The translations under genes and the position numbers were made by a program. The notes under the pieces are model-generated. The model was not told the origin of the DNA. It saw only the letters and a list, made by a program, of their open reading frames with translations, and made no database searches. A stretch of DNA of 64,000 nt from Nanobdellota archaeon (GTDB lineage Archaea > Nanobdellota > Nanobdellia > Parvarchaeales > Parvarchaeaceae), in assembly GCA_021797085.1 (NCBI GenBank), contig JAKAAG010000002.1, positions 3,544 to 67,543 on the forward strand, in the 5' to 3' direction. This document shows, one piece after another, positions 20,072 through 28,854 of this stretch (position 1 is its first letter; each line of letters starts with the position of its first letter).

Positions 20072-21230
20072 GTGAATAAAATAATTTTTCAACCTCCTTT
20101 TTTATGTCATCTGTATTTTCTCCAAGTGAGTCTATTAGATATCTTGCGATTTTTATTTCTTTTTCATTATAACCTTTCTTCTTAAGAAATTCATATTCTA
20201 TGGTTGATAATTCCTTTGTTTTTATTTCATCCTCTTGTATGTCAGTATCTTTGTCGTTTAACTTTGATTTGTTTATGCTTATGTATGAATAACCTAGTTC
20301 ATACCCTATTTTTTTAATTTTTATAAGGTTCACATCAGATGCTTTATCAGCTAGTTTCCCTTCCAGCTTTACTACTAGTATCTCCCCCTCATTTTTCTTT
20401 AGTTTGTTAATAATTTCGTTTTCCAATTCAACGGCTTTTTTATTATCCGCATTTATTGTGAAAATTTGTTTATCTCTTGTTTTTATTATTTTATATTCTA
20501 CAGAGGTTATGCCCTCTTTATCATATGATATTACAAAAAAGCCCCTGTTTGGATTGTCAACTATCTCTTTTTCGTCGCAATATTCCAGAGAACCAGGATA
20601 CTGAATTATCCCCTTGTCATATTTTATGTTTTCCCTGTGCCCATGCCAGTGGCCCGCAGCATAGTAATCAAATCCTCTTGGGAGGCTTTCTGTTTCAAGG
20701 TCCTTAAATTTTTCTCCAAGGTAGGAAATAGTATGGTGAAATGCGAAAATCTTGATGAATGCCGAATTATTCATCTCTATTTTTAATTTTTTGAATATTT
20801 CATCTTCTACTTTACTTCTTTTTCCTTTTATTCCGCATATAAACGCATCTTTGTAGGTCTCTCCCTTTAGGTTTACAGTTTCTCCGAATTCAATATATTT
20901 TTTGGAGTTTAGGTTTATGAGAAGTTTGTTTCTATGAAAAAGTTCTATAATACTTTCTTCTTCCCCTACCCCAACATCATGCGAGCCGGGTATTACAAAT
21001 ATAGGTATCCCTGCGCTTTTTAACCTGTTTAATTCATCGGTTACGAACAAAAGCGAATCTAAGGGAGGGTTACCTGAGTCAAAAAGATCTCCAGAATGCA
21101 CAATAAAATCTATTTTTTCTGATAATGCATAATCGACCATCTGCACAAATGCTTCTTTTATATCGTTATTTCTTGTATCATTTTTGTATACTTGCCCTAT
21201 GTGGGTATCTCCAACATGCATGAATTTCAT
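20052..21230 (-). CDS. mre11: DNA double-strand break repair nuclease Mre11
   Basis: Calcineurin-like phosphoesterase motifs HVGDTHIG, HSGDLFD, GSHD and GHWH. Overlaps the rad50 start. Confidence 0.92.
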   Translation of the reverse strand: MKFMHVGDTHIGQVYKNDTRNNDIKEAFVQMVDYALSEKIDFIVHSGDLFDSGNPPLDSLLFVTDELNRLKSAGIPIFVIPGSHDVGVGEEESIIELFHRNKLLINLNSKKYIEFGETVNLKGETYKDAFICGIKGKRSKVEDEIFKKLKIEMNNSAFIKIFAFHHTISYLGEKFKDLETESLPRGFDYYAAGHWHGHRENIKYDKGIIQYPGSLEYCDEKEIVDNPNRGFFVISYDKEGITSVEYKIIKTRDKQIFTINADNKKAVELENEIINKLKKNEGEILVVKLEGKLADKASDVNLIKIKKIGYELGYSYISINKSKLNDKDTDIQEDEIKTKELSTIEYEFLKKKGYNEKEIKIARYLIDSLGENTDDIKKEVEKLFYSHDNLED

Positions 21231-21328
21231 TTTTATTATTGTTATTGCAGGAAATTAAAGCTTACATCATTAACTGCCTGTTACTTTGTTGATAATGTAT
21301 ATATATTCTAATTTAATTATATATCTTT

Positions 21329-22348
21329 ATGGATACTGAAGAGCGATTGAATTTAATAAAAAGGAATACTTTGGAGATAATAACCGTCGAAGAGCTGCAA
21401 AATTTATTGAACGATGGAAAACCTCTTTCTGTTTACATCGGCAGGGCACCTACTGGATCTATACACCTTGGCCATCTGGTTGCATTGGGTAAACTTTTTG
21501 ATTTTGAAAAAGCAGGGATACATACCAAGATACTAATAGCGGATTTACATGCAGCATTAGATGATTTGAAATCAAAATGGGAAGAATTGGATAAAAGAGT
21601 CGATTATACAAAGAAGTGCATAGAACTAGCATTTGACTGGGAAAGAATGCCGGAATTTGTGAGGGGGTCTGATTTTGAATTGAGCCAGCCATATGTTTCG
21701 GATTTGTTAAAGCTTTCTACGCTTACTACTGTTGAGAAAGGTATGCACGCAGCTTCTGAAGTTACAAGAATGAAAAATCCAAAGGTAAGCGAGGTTATCT
21801 ACCCGCTTATGCAGACTTTAGATGAAGAATACTTAGATGTAGACATTCAGCTAGGAGGTATGGACCAAAGGCACATCTTTGCGTATGCCAGAGAATACTT
21901 GGAAAAACTTGGTTACAGAAAAAGAGTGGAAGTTCTTACTCCACTCATAGCGTCAATACGCGGCCCTGGAACAAAAATGTCTTCATCCGTTCCAGAAAGC
22001 AACATTAAGATCTATGATTCAGAGGAGTCAATAAAGAAGAAAATAATGAATGGATACTGTCCGGAGGGAGTAATTGAAGATAACTTCATAGTTCAGATAG
22101 TTAACTTTTTCATACTGCCAAATGACGGCAAGTTTAAAATAGAAAGGGAAGAGAAATTCGGCGGTGACATAACAATAGAATCTCCAGAACAGCTGATACA
22201 GCTATACACTGAAAAGAAAATACATCCTCTTGATTTGAAAAATGCAGTTGCAATAAATTTAATAGAAAGATTCAAAAATGCACGGGAGTATTTCGAAAGA
22301 CAGACTGATATGCTTCAAAGTCTTGGAGAAAGCTTCATGCCTTACTGA
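21329..22348 (+). CDS. tyrS: Tyrosyl-tRNA synthetase (archaeal type)
   Basis: HIGH-type motif SIHLGH, KMSSS loop, and the blocks NPKVSEVIYPLMQ, KFGGDITI and HPLDLKNAVA. These closely parallel archaeal TyrRS. Confidence 0.92.
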   Translation: MDTEERLNLIKRNTLEIITVEELQNLLNDGKPLSVYIGRAPTGSIHLGHLVALGKLFDFEKAGIHTKILIADLHAALDDLKSKWEELDKRVDYTKKCIELAFDWERMPEFVRGSDFELSQPYVSDLLKLSTLTTVEKGMHAASEVTRMKNPKVSEVIYPLMQTLDEEYLDVDIQLGGMDQRHIFAYAREYLEKLGYRKRVEVLTPLIASIRGPGTKMSSSVPESNIKIYDSEESIKKKIMNGYCPEGVIEDNFIVQIVNFFILPNDGKFKIEREEKFGGDITIESPEQLIQLYTEKKIHPLDLKNAVAINLIERFKNAREYFERQTDMLQSLGESFMPY

Positions 22349-22350
22349 AT

Positions 22351-22752
22351 ATGGAGTATGACTATTCTTTTAAGGAAGATGTAAAAATATACGATACGGA
22401 TGCACAAGGCATTGTTCATTATGCAGGTTATTACCGGTTTTTTACCGATGCAATGCAGGAATTCATAAATTCCAAAGGATGCGGTTTTCCAATTATAGAT
22501 GAAAATAGGTGGATGGTGGTTCTAGAATCGAATGCAAAATACGTTAAGTCTGCAAGGCTGGGTGATACCCTTAATACACTGCTTAAAGTTAGCCTGATAT
22601 CAAATAAAATATTAAGGTTTGATTTTGACATACTACGAAATGAAGAACAAATTTGTCAGGGCTATATCCTTCATATATGCATAGATAAAAACAGCTGGAA
22701 ATCAACAGAATTACCGCAGGATTTTATCAACAGCTTAGTTAAAAAAGTTTAG
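22351..22752 (+). CDS. Hotdog-fold acyl-CoA thioesterase (4HBT/YbgC-like)
   Basis: 133 aa. The YDTDAQGIVHYAGYYRFF motif is typical of the 4HBT family. Confidence 0.75.
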   Translation: MEYDYSFKEDVKIYDTDAQGIVHYAGYYRFFTDAMQEFINSKGCGFPIIDENRWMVVLESNAKYVKSARLGDTLNTLLKVSLISNKILRFDFDILRNEEQICQGYILHICIDKNSWKSTELPQDFINSLVKKV

Positions 22753-23391
22753 GGTGTTAAAATTTGTGTATTTTACTGTGCTCCAAGTCTTTCTTATGAA
22801 CTTTTTGTAAGGTTCCTGCGTTATCCTCCCGTTTTCAGTTATTATTTTTATGAATTGCATTGTTTTTGGATCGGAAGGATAACCGCTTCCGAAATCATAT
22901 CCTAGCTCTTTTTTTATTTTCTCTACTTCTCTTTCCCTGTTTGCCTTGGCTATTATTGATGCAGCAGATACCTCAATATGGTTTCTGTCTGCATAGTTCT
23001 CCGCGATTACTTTTTTATTTTTTATCTTTTTCATTAGGTACTCTCTTATTTTAGCCGTGTTTCGGCTTGGGGAATCAACTATAACGGTTTGTCCTTCAAG
23101 AGAGTTTGCTATCTCTATCATGTTGTCAAGTTCTAAGTAATTCAAGTTCTTCCCATCTGCAAATCTGTTGTCTATCTGTTCTGCAGACAGTTTAATCACT
23201 TTGAAATTATTGCATGCTTTGATTATCTCTCTTTCTAAAAGGTATATTCTTTTAATGCTTAGCATTTTTGAATCCTTTACCCCAAGAAGTTTGAATTTTT
23301 TAGCAGTTTCCTCATCTAATCCTATACCTGCTATTGTCATTGGGCCTATTAAAGGACCCCTACCTGCTTCATCTATTCCAATAGTTATCAT
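22735..23391 (-). CDS. rnhB: Ribonuclease HII
   Basis: GIDEAGRGPLIGPM catalytic motif and DSK block. 218 aa. Confidence 0.92.
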   Translation of the reverse strand: MITIGIDEAGRGPLIGPMTIAGIGLDEETAKKFKLLGVKDSKMLSIKRIYLLEREIIKACNNFKVIKLSAEQIDNRFADGKNLNYLELDNMIEIANSLEGQTVIVDSPSRNTAKIREYLMKKIKNKKVIAENYADRNHIEVSAASIIAKANREREVEKIKKELGYDFGSGYPSDPKTMQFIKIITENGRITQEPYKKFIRKTWSTVKYTNFNTLNFFN

Positions 23392-23712
23392 CTAACCACT
23401 GCTTTTTCCGAGTTCATCGGCTCTGAATCTTGCATGTCCGAATTGTATAACTGCCTTTATCCCAAATTTCCCAAGGCCGATAGGCGCATCACATGCGCCA
23501 TAAGTACTTCCTCCCCATATGTATACCTCTGCTCCGGAGTTTTCACTTATCATGTCTGCAATGTCCAATGCGTGCAATTTAAAGCCATCAGGTATTTGTA
23601 TTGCTACTTTATCGTATTTTTTTTCGCGTATATTGTCTATTAGGTTGTCAAAGTCAATGTCATATTTCTCTGTCAAATATTTTAAACCATCATTTTTTAT
23701 TTGATATTTCAT
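23392..23712 (-). CDS. dph2: Dph2-like diphthamide synthesis protein, N-terminal domain only (truncated or split gene)
   Basis: 106 aa. The segment DKVAIQIPDGFKLHALDIA...EVYIWGGSTYGACD...AVIQFGHA parallels the first roughly 90 residues of archaeal Dph2, including the first cluster Cys. The ORF stops (TAG) immediately before the rnhB ATG. Confidence 0.7.
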   Translation of the reverse strand: MKYQIKNDGLKYLTEKYDIDFDNLIDNIREKKYDKVAIQIPDGFKLHALDIADMISENSGAEVYIWGGSTYGACDAPIGLGKFGIKAVIQFGHARFRADELGKSSG

Positions 23713-23770
23713 TTAATCCCTATTATTTTGGTGCTTAAATTATTTATTGCTGTAGTTTTATTGATGGATT

Positions 23771-24418
23771 GTGGACAAAGACGATTTTGTAAATGCAGTA
23801 AAGATCATAAGCAGAAAGTACTATACTAAGGAAAGAAAGGCAAGCCCATTTGAAATACTCGTGCATGGAATACTGTCCACAAGAACGAAGGATACTACAA
23901 CGTTTCCTGCACAGAAAAGGCTGCTTTCCGTTGCAGATACCCCTGAAAAGATAGCAAAATTACCGACGAAAAAAATAGAAAATTTAATATATCCAGTTGG
24001 TTTTTTTCGAGTTAAGGCCAAACTTTTGAAAAGGGCCTGCAATGTTCTTATAACAAAATTCGATTCAAGAGTTCCTTCAAATAAAGCAGATCTAATGCAG
24101 ATACCCGGGGTGGGAGAGAAGGTTGCAAGCCTTGTACTTGAGTGGGGATTTAACTTGCCTTATATAGCAGTGGATACGCATGTGAATAGAATATCGCAGC
24201 GCTTAGGCATAGTGCCTGAAGGGACAAAACCTGCAAAGACGGAAGCAGTGCTTGAAAGCATACTTAGTCCAAGTCTAAGGATTTCCACAAATTATTCGTT
24301 TGTAAGGTTCGGGAGAGAAGTTTGCAAGCCAGTCTCTCCGCAGTGCGGCATCTGCCCAGTCTACAAGTATTGTGGTTTTAAGCTAAAATCTAAATATGCA
24401 AAAAGAATGCTCAGATAA
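23771..24418 (+). CDS. nth: Endonuclease III (Nth) with 4Fe-4S cluster loop
   Basis: HhH motif IPGVGEKVA, catalytic VDTHVNRI and cluster C-x6-C-x2-C-x5-C (CKPVSPQCGICPVYKYC). GTG start. Confidence 0.9.
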   Translation: MDKDDFVNAVKIISRKYYTKERKASPFEILVHGILSTRTKDTTTFPAQKRLLSVADTPEKIAKLPTKKIENLIYPVGFFRVKAKLLKRACNVLITKFDSRVPSNKADLMQIPGVGEKVASLVLEWGFNLPYIAVDTHVNRISQRLGIVPEGTKPAKTEAVLESILSPSLRISTNYSFVRFGREVCKPVSPQCGICPVYKYCGFKLKSKYAKRMLR

Positions 24419-24459
24419 ATTAAGATAAGGATATTAATTATGCAACATAATTAATAATT

Positions 24460-25215
24460 ATGAAAGAGCAAAGCAATATCAGATCTGCATTCTCTAGCTT
24501 ATTTTATGGCCTTAAATCCTTGTCGGAACTTAGCTCGTTTTTTGCATTTCTTTCTATAACACTTATAATCTTTCTTTTGGGATTTGTTGTAATCTTCAAG
24601 TACTTGGGATTGGGCGCATTTTTGAATGGCGGCTTTATTTTTACCCCATCAACTACTACAATAATCGCAGGCGAATTTTCTTTTGTTGTTTCTTTTCTCT
24701 TAATTGTTTTTTCTTTGACAGCCATGTTTTATTATAAATTGTATTATCTAGTTTCAAGCAATTTAAATGTGGTGTCTTTAATTAAACGTTCCTTGAGCGC
24801 TTTTCCGAAGTTCCTTATAGCTACTTTTATTCAAGCCATAATTTCCATTATAGGCTTAATTGCATTGGTCATACCTGGAATATACTACGGCAGTTCGTTC
24901 ATGTTTTCCAACTTTTTCTCAATATATGGCAATTCAACATTGCATTCTGCAATTTTAAACAGCAGAATGCTAGCGAAGAAAATCCGCTTGGAGTCATTGT
25001 TTGTATTTGTTGTGTATCTTGTTTTGCTTTTTGTTTTCATTTATTTAGTTAGTAGCTTTAACCTGCCAGAAGTTTATTCCGCGTTGCTTTATTCAATTCT
25101 TCTTTCATACTGGCTTATAAGCTATAGTAACACGGCCTTTAATCTAGCCGACAAGAACGTAAATGGGCTTTCTGAAAGATCCTCTATATATAGAAAGATG
25201 TTAAATAATAGCTAA
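24460..25215 (+). CDS. Polytopic membrane protein, unknown function
   Basis: 251 aa with about six hydrophobic helices. No catalytic motif recognised. Confidence 0.55.
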   Translation: MKEQSNIRSAFSSLFYGLKSLSELSSFFAFLSITLIIFLLGFVVIFKYLGLGAFLNGGFIFTPSTTTIIAGEFSFVVSFLLIVFSLTAMFYYKLYYLVSSNLNVVSLIKRSLSAFPKFLIATFIQAIISIIGLIALVIPGIYYGSSFMFSNFFSIYGNSTLHSAILNSRMLAKKIRLESLFVFVVYLVLLFVFIYLVSSFNLPEVYSALLYSILLSYWLISYSNTAFNLADKNVNGLSERSSIYRKMLNNS

Positions 25216-25341
25216 ATGTATGTATTCATATTTTTAAAGTAGTGAATGTGAATTAATAGCGTATAATTTAGTAATAGAAAAGCTTAAATACTAGAAGTAT
25301 TATAGAATAGAATTATAAATTATACTTAAGAGGTTCCCCCC

Positions 25342-25575
25342 TTGGATATCGATGTATTTAATAGCCGTTTATCGCCGCAATATAGAATAATGCTCAAAGA
25401 GGAACTTGACCAATTGCTAAGCAAATACAACATTGTCATAAAGGACCTGCCAAAGATAAAAGTAAATGATCCTGCAGTTAAGCTTTTGGATGCAAAAGAG
25501 GGAGATGTTCTGGAGATAAAGCGTAGCAGCAAGACTGCCGGCCAGTACAATTATTATAGATTGGTGGTGAAATAA
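25342..25575 (+). CDS. rpoH: DNA-directed RNA polymerase subunit H (Rpo5)
   Basis: The blocks LPKIKVNDPAVKLLDAKEGDVLEIKRSSKTAG..YYRLV are the RpoH/Rpb5 C-domain signature. TTG start, preceded by GAGGT 9 nt upstream. Confidence 0.88.
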   Translation: MDIDVFNSRLSPQYRIMLKEELDQLLSKYNIVIKDLPKIKVNDPAVKLLDAKEGDVLEIKRSSKTAGQYNYYRLVVK

Positions 25576-25576
25576 A

Positions 25577-27055
25577 ATGGAAAAAAATACTTATCAAGCA
25601 TTGCTTAGATCAGCATTGGGTTCAACCGCTTTGGCAGCCCATCACATATCCTCATTTGAATACTTCATAGACAAAGGGCTTAACAAGATAATAGAGAGTG
25701 AGGGTTTGATAGAGCCTGTTATAAAGCCAGTAGGAGTTGAAGATTTTAAGATAAAAATAAACAAAATAACGATTGGAAAGCCTGATATAATAGAGGCAGA
25801 CAGCATAGTAAGGTTAATCAATCCAATGGAAGCAAGGATAAGGGACCTTACTTACGATGCGCCTTTGATGCTCTCTGTTTCATATCTAGCGGACGGCAAG
25901 GAAATCGTAAACGAGGATGTTTTCATAGGGCGTATGCCGATAGTTGTCAAATCAAAATATTGCAATCTTTACGGGCTGTCAGCAAGCGAATTGACTGAAG
26001 CAAAGGAAGATCCTACCGATCCAGGAGGGTACTTCATAATAAACGGCACTGAAAGGATAATAATAACAACAGAGGACCTCGCTCCAAACAACATACTTAT
26101 CTCTAAAGACAATCAGGAAGGATTCAAATTCAGCGCAAAGATATTTGCTGATGCCGATGCAATAAAAGTTCCGCATACTTTGCAGATCTCTGGTAGCAAC
26201 CTTCTTTACGTAACTTTCGGCAAGTTAAAGAGAGTTCCGATCATTACATTGATAAAAGCCTTGGGCGTTACTAATGAAAACGAAATAATCAAGAAGATAG
26301 GAAAAGACGATGAGGATATAATAAATACAGTAGACATGAATCTTATAGCTTTCAATATAGACTCAGAAAATGATGCACTAGATACTATAGGCAAGATGCT
26401 TCATTCAATTCACACTAAAGAGACCGCAGAGTTGAACATAGATTCCTTGTTGTTCCCATTTTTAGGTAGGGATAAGGACTCCAGAAAGATAAAGGCAGAG
26501 TACCTTATGTATGTTTCAAACCTTCTGATAAAGAGTGCATTAGAAGGAAAGGAAGTAGACAAAGACCATTACTCAAATAAAAGATTACATGCCGAAAGCT
26601 ACAATTTAGACATGCTTTTCAGGTTCATATTCAAGCAAATATTGAATGATGCCAAGTATAACTTTGAAAGAGGGATAAGAAAAGACAGAGTTCCTGATCC
26701 AAAGTACATATTCACTTCTGACCAATTGACTGCCAGATTAAGATCAGCACTTGCAACAGGCCAGTGGGTCGGCGGTAGAGTAGGTATAACTCAGCACCTA
26801 GACAGAAGAAGTTTTCCGTCAACAATATCGCATCTAAGAAAGGTTGAATCTCTGCTTACTTCAAACAGGGAAAATTACAGGGCCAGGGATCTTCATGGAA
26901 CACAGTTCGGAAGGTTCTGCGCAGTAGAAACTCCAGAAGGTCCAAAGATAGGTCTTACCAAAAATCTTGCTGTTTTATCTATGATGTCAAAAGAGGGCGT
27001 AGACACGGAAACAGTTAAAGGCCTACTGAAGAATTACGGGGTGAAAAAGATATGA
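25577..27055 (+). CDS. rpoB2: DNA-directed RNA polymerase subunit B'' (N-terminal half of split Rpo2)
   Basis: 492 aa. Rpb2 protrusion/lobe/fork blocks are present (HHISSFEYFI, GYFIINGTERI, HPSHWGRxC-equivalent region LHGTQFGRFCAVETPEG). ATGA overlap with B'. Confidence 0.95.
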   Translation: MEKNTYQALLRSALGSTALAAHHISSFEYFIDKGLNKIIESEGLIEPVIKPVGVEDFKIKINKITIGKPDIIEADSIVRLINPMEARIRDLTYDAPLMLSVSYLADGKEIVNEDVFIGRMPIVVKSKYCNLYGLSASELTEAKEDPTDPGGYFIINGTERIIITTEDLAPNNILISKDNQEGFKFSAKIFADADAIKVPHTLQISGSNLLYVTFGKLKRVPIITLIKALGVTNENEIIKKIGKDDEDIINTVDMNLIAFNIDSENDALDTIGKMLHSIHTKETAELNIDSLLFPFLGRDKDSRKIKAEYLMYVSNLLIKSALEGKEVDKDHYSNKRLHAESYNLDMLFRFIFKQILNDAKYNFERGIRKDRVPDPKYIFTSDQLTARLRSALATGQWVGGRVGITQHLDRRSFPSTISHLRKVESLLTSNRENYRARDLHGTQFGRFCAVETPEGPKIGLTKNLAVLSMMSKEGVDTETVKGLLKNYGVKKI

Positions 27056-28854
27056 GTTTTGTATTTGTAAACGGCGTGCTTTCAGGAGTTACTGACGATC
27101 CAGACAAGCTTGTTAAAGAAATAATAGAGGACAGAAGGCAGAGCAAGATACCAAAGGAAATAAATGTAAGATATAGAAAAGACACTGACAGTGTAATGAT
27201 AAATTCGGATAGCGGAAGGCTGCGTAGAGCACTTATAGTAGTTAAAAATGGAAAGCCAATGGTTACAAAAGAAGATGTGGAACTGCTTTCAGAGGGCCAT
27301 ATAACCTGGCAGGATCTGGTCGATAAAGGAAAAATAGAATATTTAGATGCTGATGAAGAGGAGCTTGCTTATACTGCTTTAAATGAGGAGGAATTGACTC
27401 CCGCGCATACTCATCTAGAGATAACTCCTCTCTCTGTTTTCGGTACACAGGCTTCATTGCTTCCATTCATAAACCACAGTAATGCACACAGAAACGTTAC
27501 GGCAGTGAAGAGCGTTCAGCAGGGAGTTGGATTGTATACTACAAATTATCTTATAAGGCATGATAATGACTCAATGATAGCAATTGATCAGCAGATGCCA
27601 ATAGTTAAGACAGAAATGTACGAGAATGAGAACTTCAAGTCGCATCTTTCAGGACAGAATATTGTTGTAGCCGTACTTTCTTATCTTGGTTACAACATGG
27701 ACGATGCAATAATAATTAACAGGTCTTCTGTAGAAAGAGGGCTTTTTAGGGCGATGTTTTTCAGACCATATAAAGTAGAGGAAATAAAGTATGTAGGGGG
27801 ACAAAGTGATGTTATAACAGTTCCAGATAAAGATGTGGCGGGTTATAGGTCAGAGGATTCATATAAATACCTAGATGAAGACGGAATAGCTGCAATAAAT
27901 TCGCATGTTAATGGGGGAGATGTTCTTATAGGCAGGATTTCACCACCAAGGTTCGTTTCATCAATAGACAAGTTTAGATTAGGAGTGCAGAAACAAGTTG
28001 AATCATCAATTGAATGTAGAACGGGAGAGAGTGGAGTCGTTGACAATGTATTTGTAACGTCTACAGCAGAAGGAAATAAATACGTATCTTTGAAAATAAG
28101 AGAGGACAGGCCTGTTGAAATTGGGGACAAGTTCGGACCAAGAAGCGGACAGAAAGGAGTTGTAGGAATGCTTCTGAATCAAGAGGACATGCCCTTCACT
28201 TACTCAGGGATAATACCTGATTTAATATTTTCACCTTACTCAATACCATCAAGGATGTCAATGTCTTACCTGCTTGAATTGATAGGCGGAAAGGTTGGAG
28301 CACTCGGTGGCAGATACGTTGATGGCACCCCCTTCACTGGTGAAACAGAAGAAGACCTCAGAAAAGAATTGATGGAATATGGATTCAGAGAAAATGGAGT
28401 AGAAACGATGTACAATGGTATAACCGGTGAAGAGATGAAAGTAAGAATATTCGTCGGAGACATGACCTACATAAGATTGAAGCACTTAGTTGAATATAAA
28501 ATACAGTGGAGGGCCAGAGGTCCGATACAGTTACTTAACAGGCAGCCTACCGAAGGAAAGTCAAAGCGCGGTGGACTTAGATTGGGAGAGATGGAGAAGG
28601 ACTGTTTCGTAGCATATGGAACTGCTTTGGCTTTAAAGGAAAGATTTGATTCCGATAAGGTTACTATCCCAGTTTGCTCAAAGTGCGGAATGGTAGCCGT
28701 TTATAACGTAAAAAAGAAGACTGGCTACTGTCCAATAGACGGTGAGGATGCGCAGATAAAACTCATAGAAGTATCAGTTTCGTTCAAAATACTTTTGGAT
28801 GAGTTGAAATCAGTAGGAATATATCCAAAGATGGTTTTGGGGAGTAAAGTATGA
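27052..28854 (+). CDS. rpoB1: DNA-directed RNA polymerase subunit B' (C-terminal half of split Rpo2)
   Basis: 600 aa. Blocks include GYNMDDAIIINRSSVERG, GDKFGPRSGQKGV, GGLRLGEMEKDC and the C-terminal zinc ribbon C-x2-C...C. Confidence 0.95.
   Translation: MSFVFVNGVLSGVTDDPDKLVKEIIEDRRQSKIPKEINVRYRKDTDSVMINSDSGRLRRALIVVKNGKPMVTKEDVELLSEGHITWQDLVDKGKIEYLDADEEELAYTALNEEELTPAHTHLEITPLSVFGTQASLLPFINHSNAHRNVTAVKSVQQGVGLYTTNYLIRHDNDSMIAIDQQMPIVKTEMYENENFKSHLSGQNIVVAVLSYLGYNMDDAIIINRSSVERGLFRAMFFRPYKVEEIKYVGGQSDVITVPDKDVAGYRSEDSYKYLDEDGIAAINSHVNGGDVLIGRISPPRFVSSIDKFRLGVQKQVESSIECRTGESGVVDNVFVTSTAEGNKYVSLKIREDRPVEIGDKFGPRSGQKGVVGMLLNQEDMPFTYSGIIPDLIFSPYSIPSRMSMSYLLELIGGKVGALGGRYVDGTPFTGETEEDLRKELMEYGFRENGVETMYNGITGEEMKVRIFVGDMTYIRLKHLVEYKIQWRARGPIQLLNRQPTEGKSKRGGLRLGEMEKDCFVAYGTALALKERFDSDKVTIPVCSKCGMVAVYNVKKKTGYCPIDGEDAQIKLIEVSVSFKILLDELKSVGIYPKMVLGSKV

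Noticed and set aside
25577-28854. Possibility that the two rpoB ORFs are a frameshifted pseudogene
   Set aside because: The junction is a clean ATGA overlap at the position where B'' and B' are naturally split in several archaeal lineages, and both halves keep all conserved blocks.
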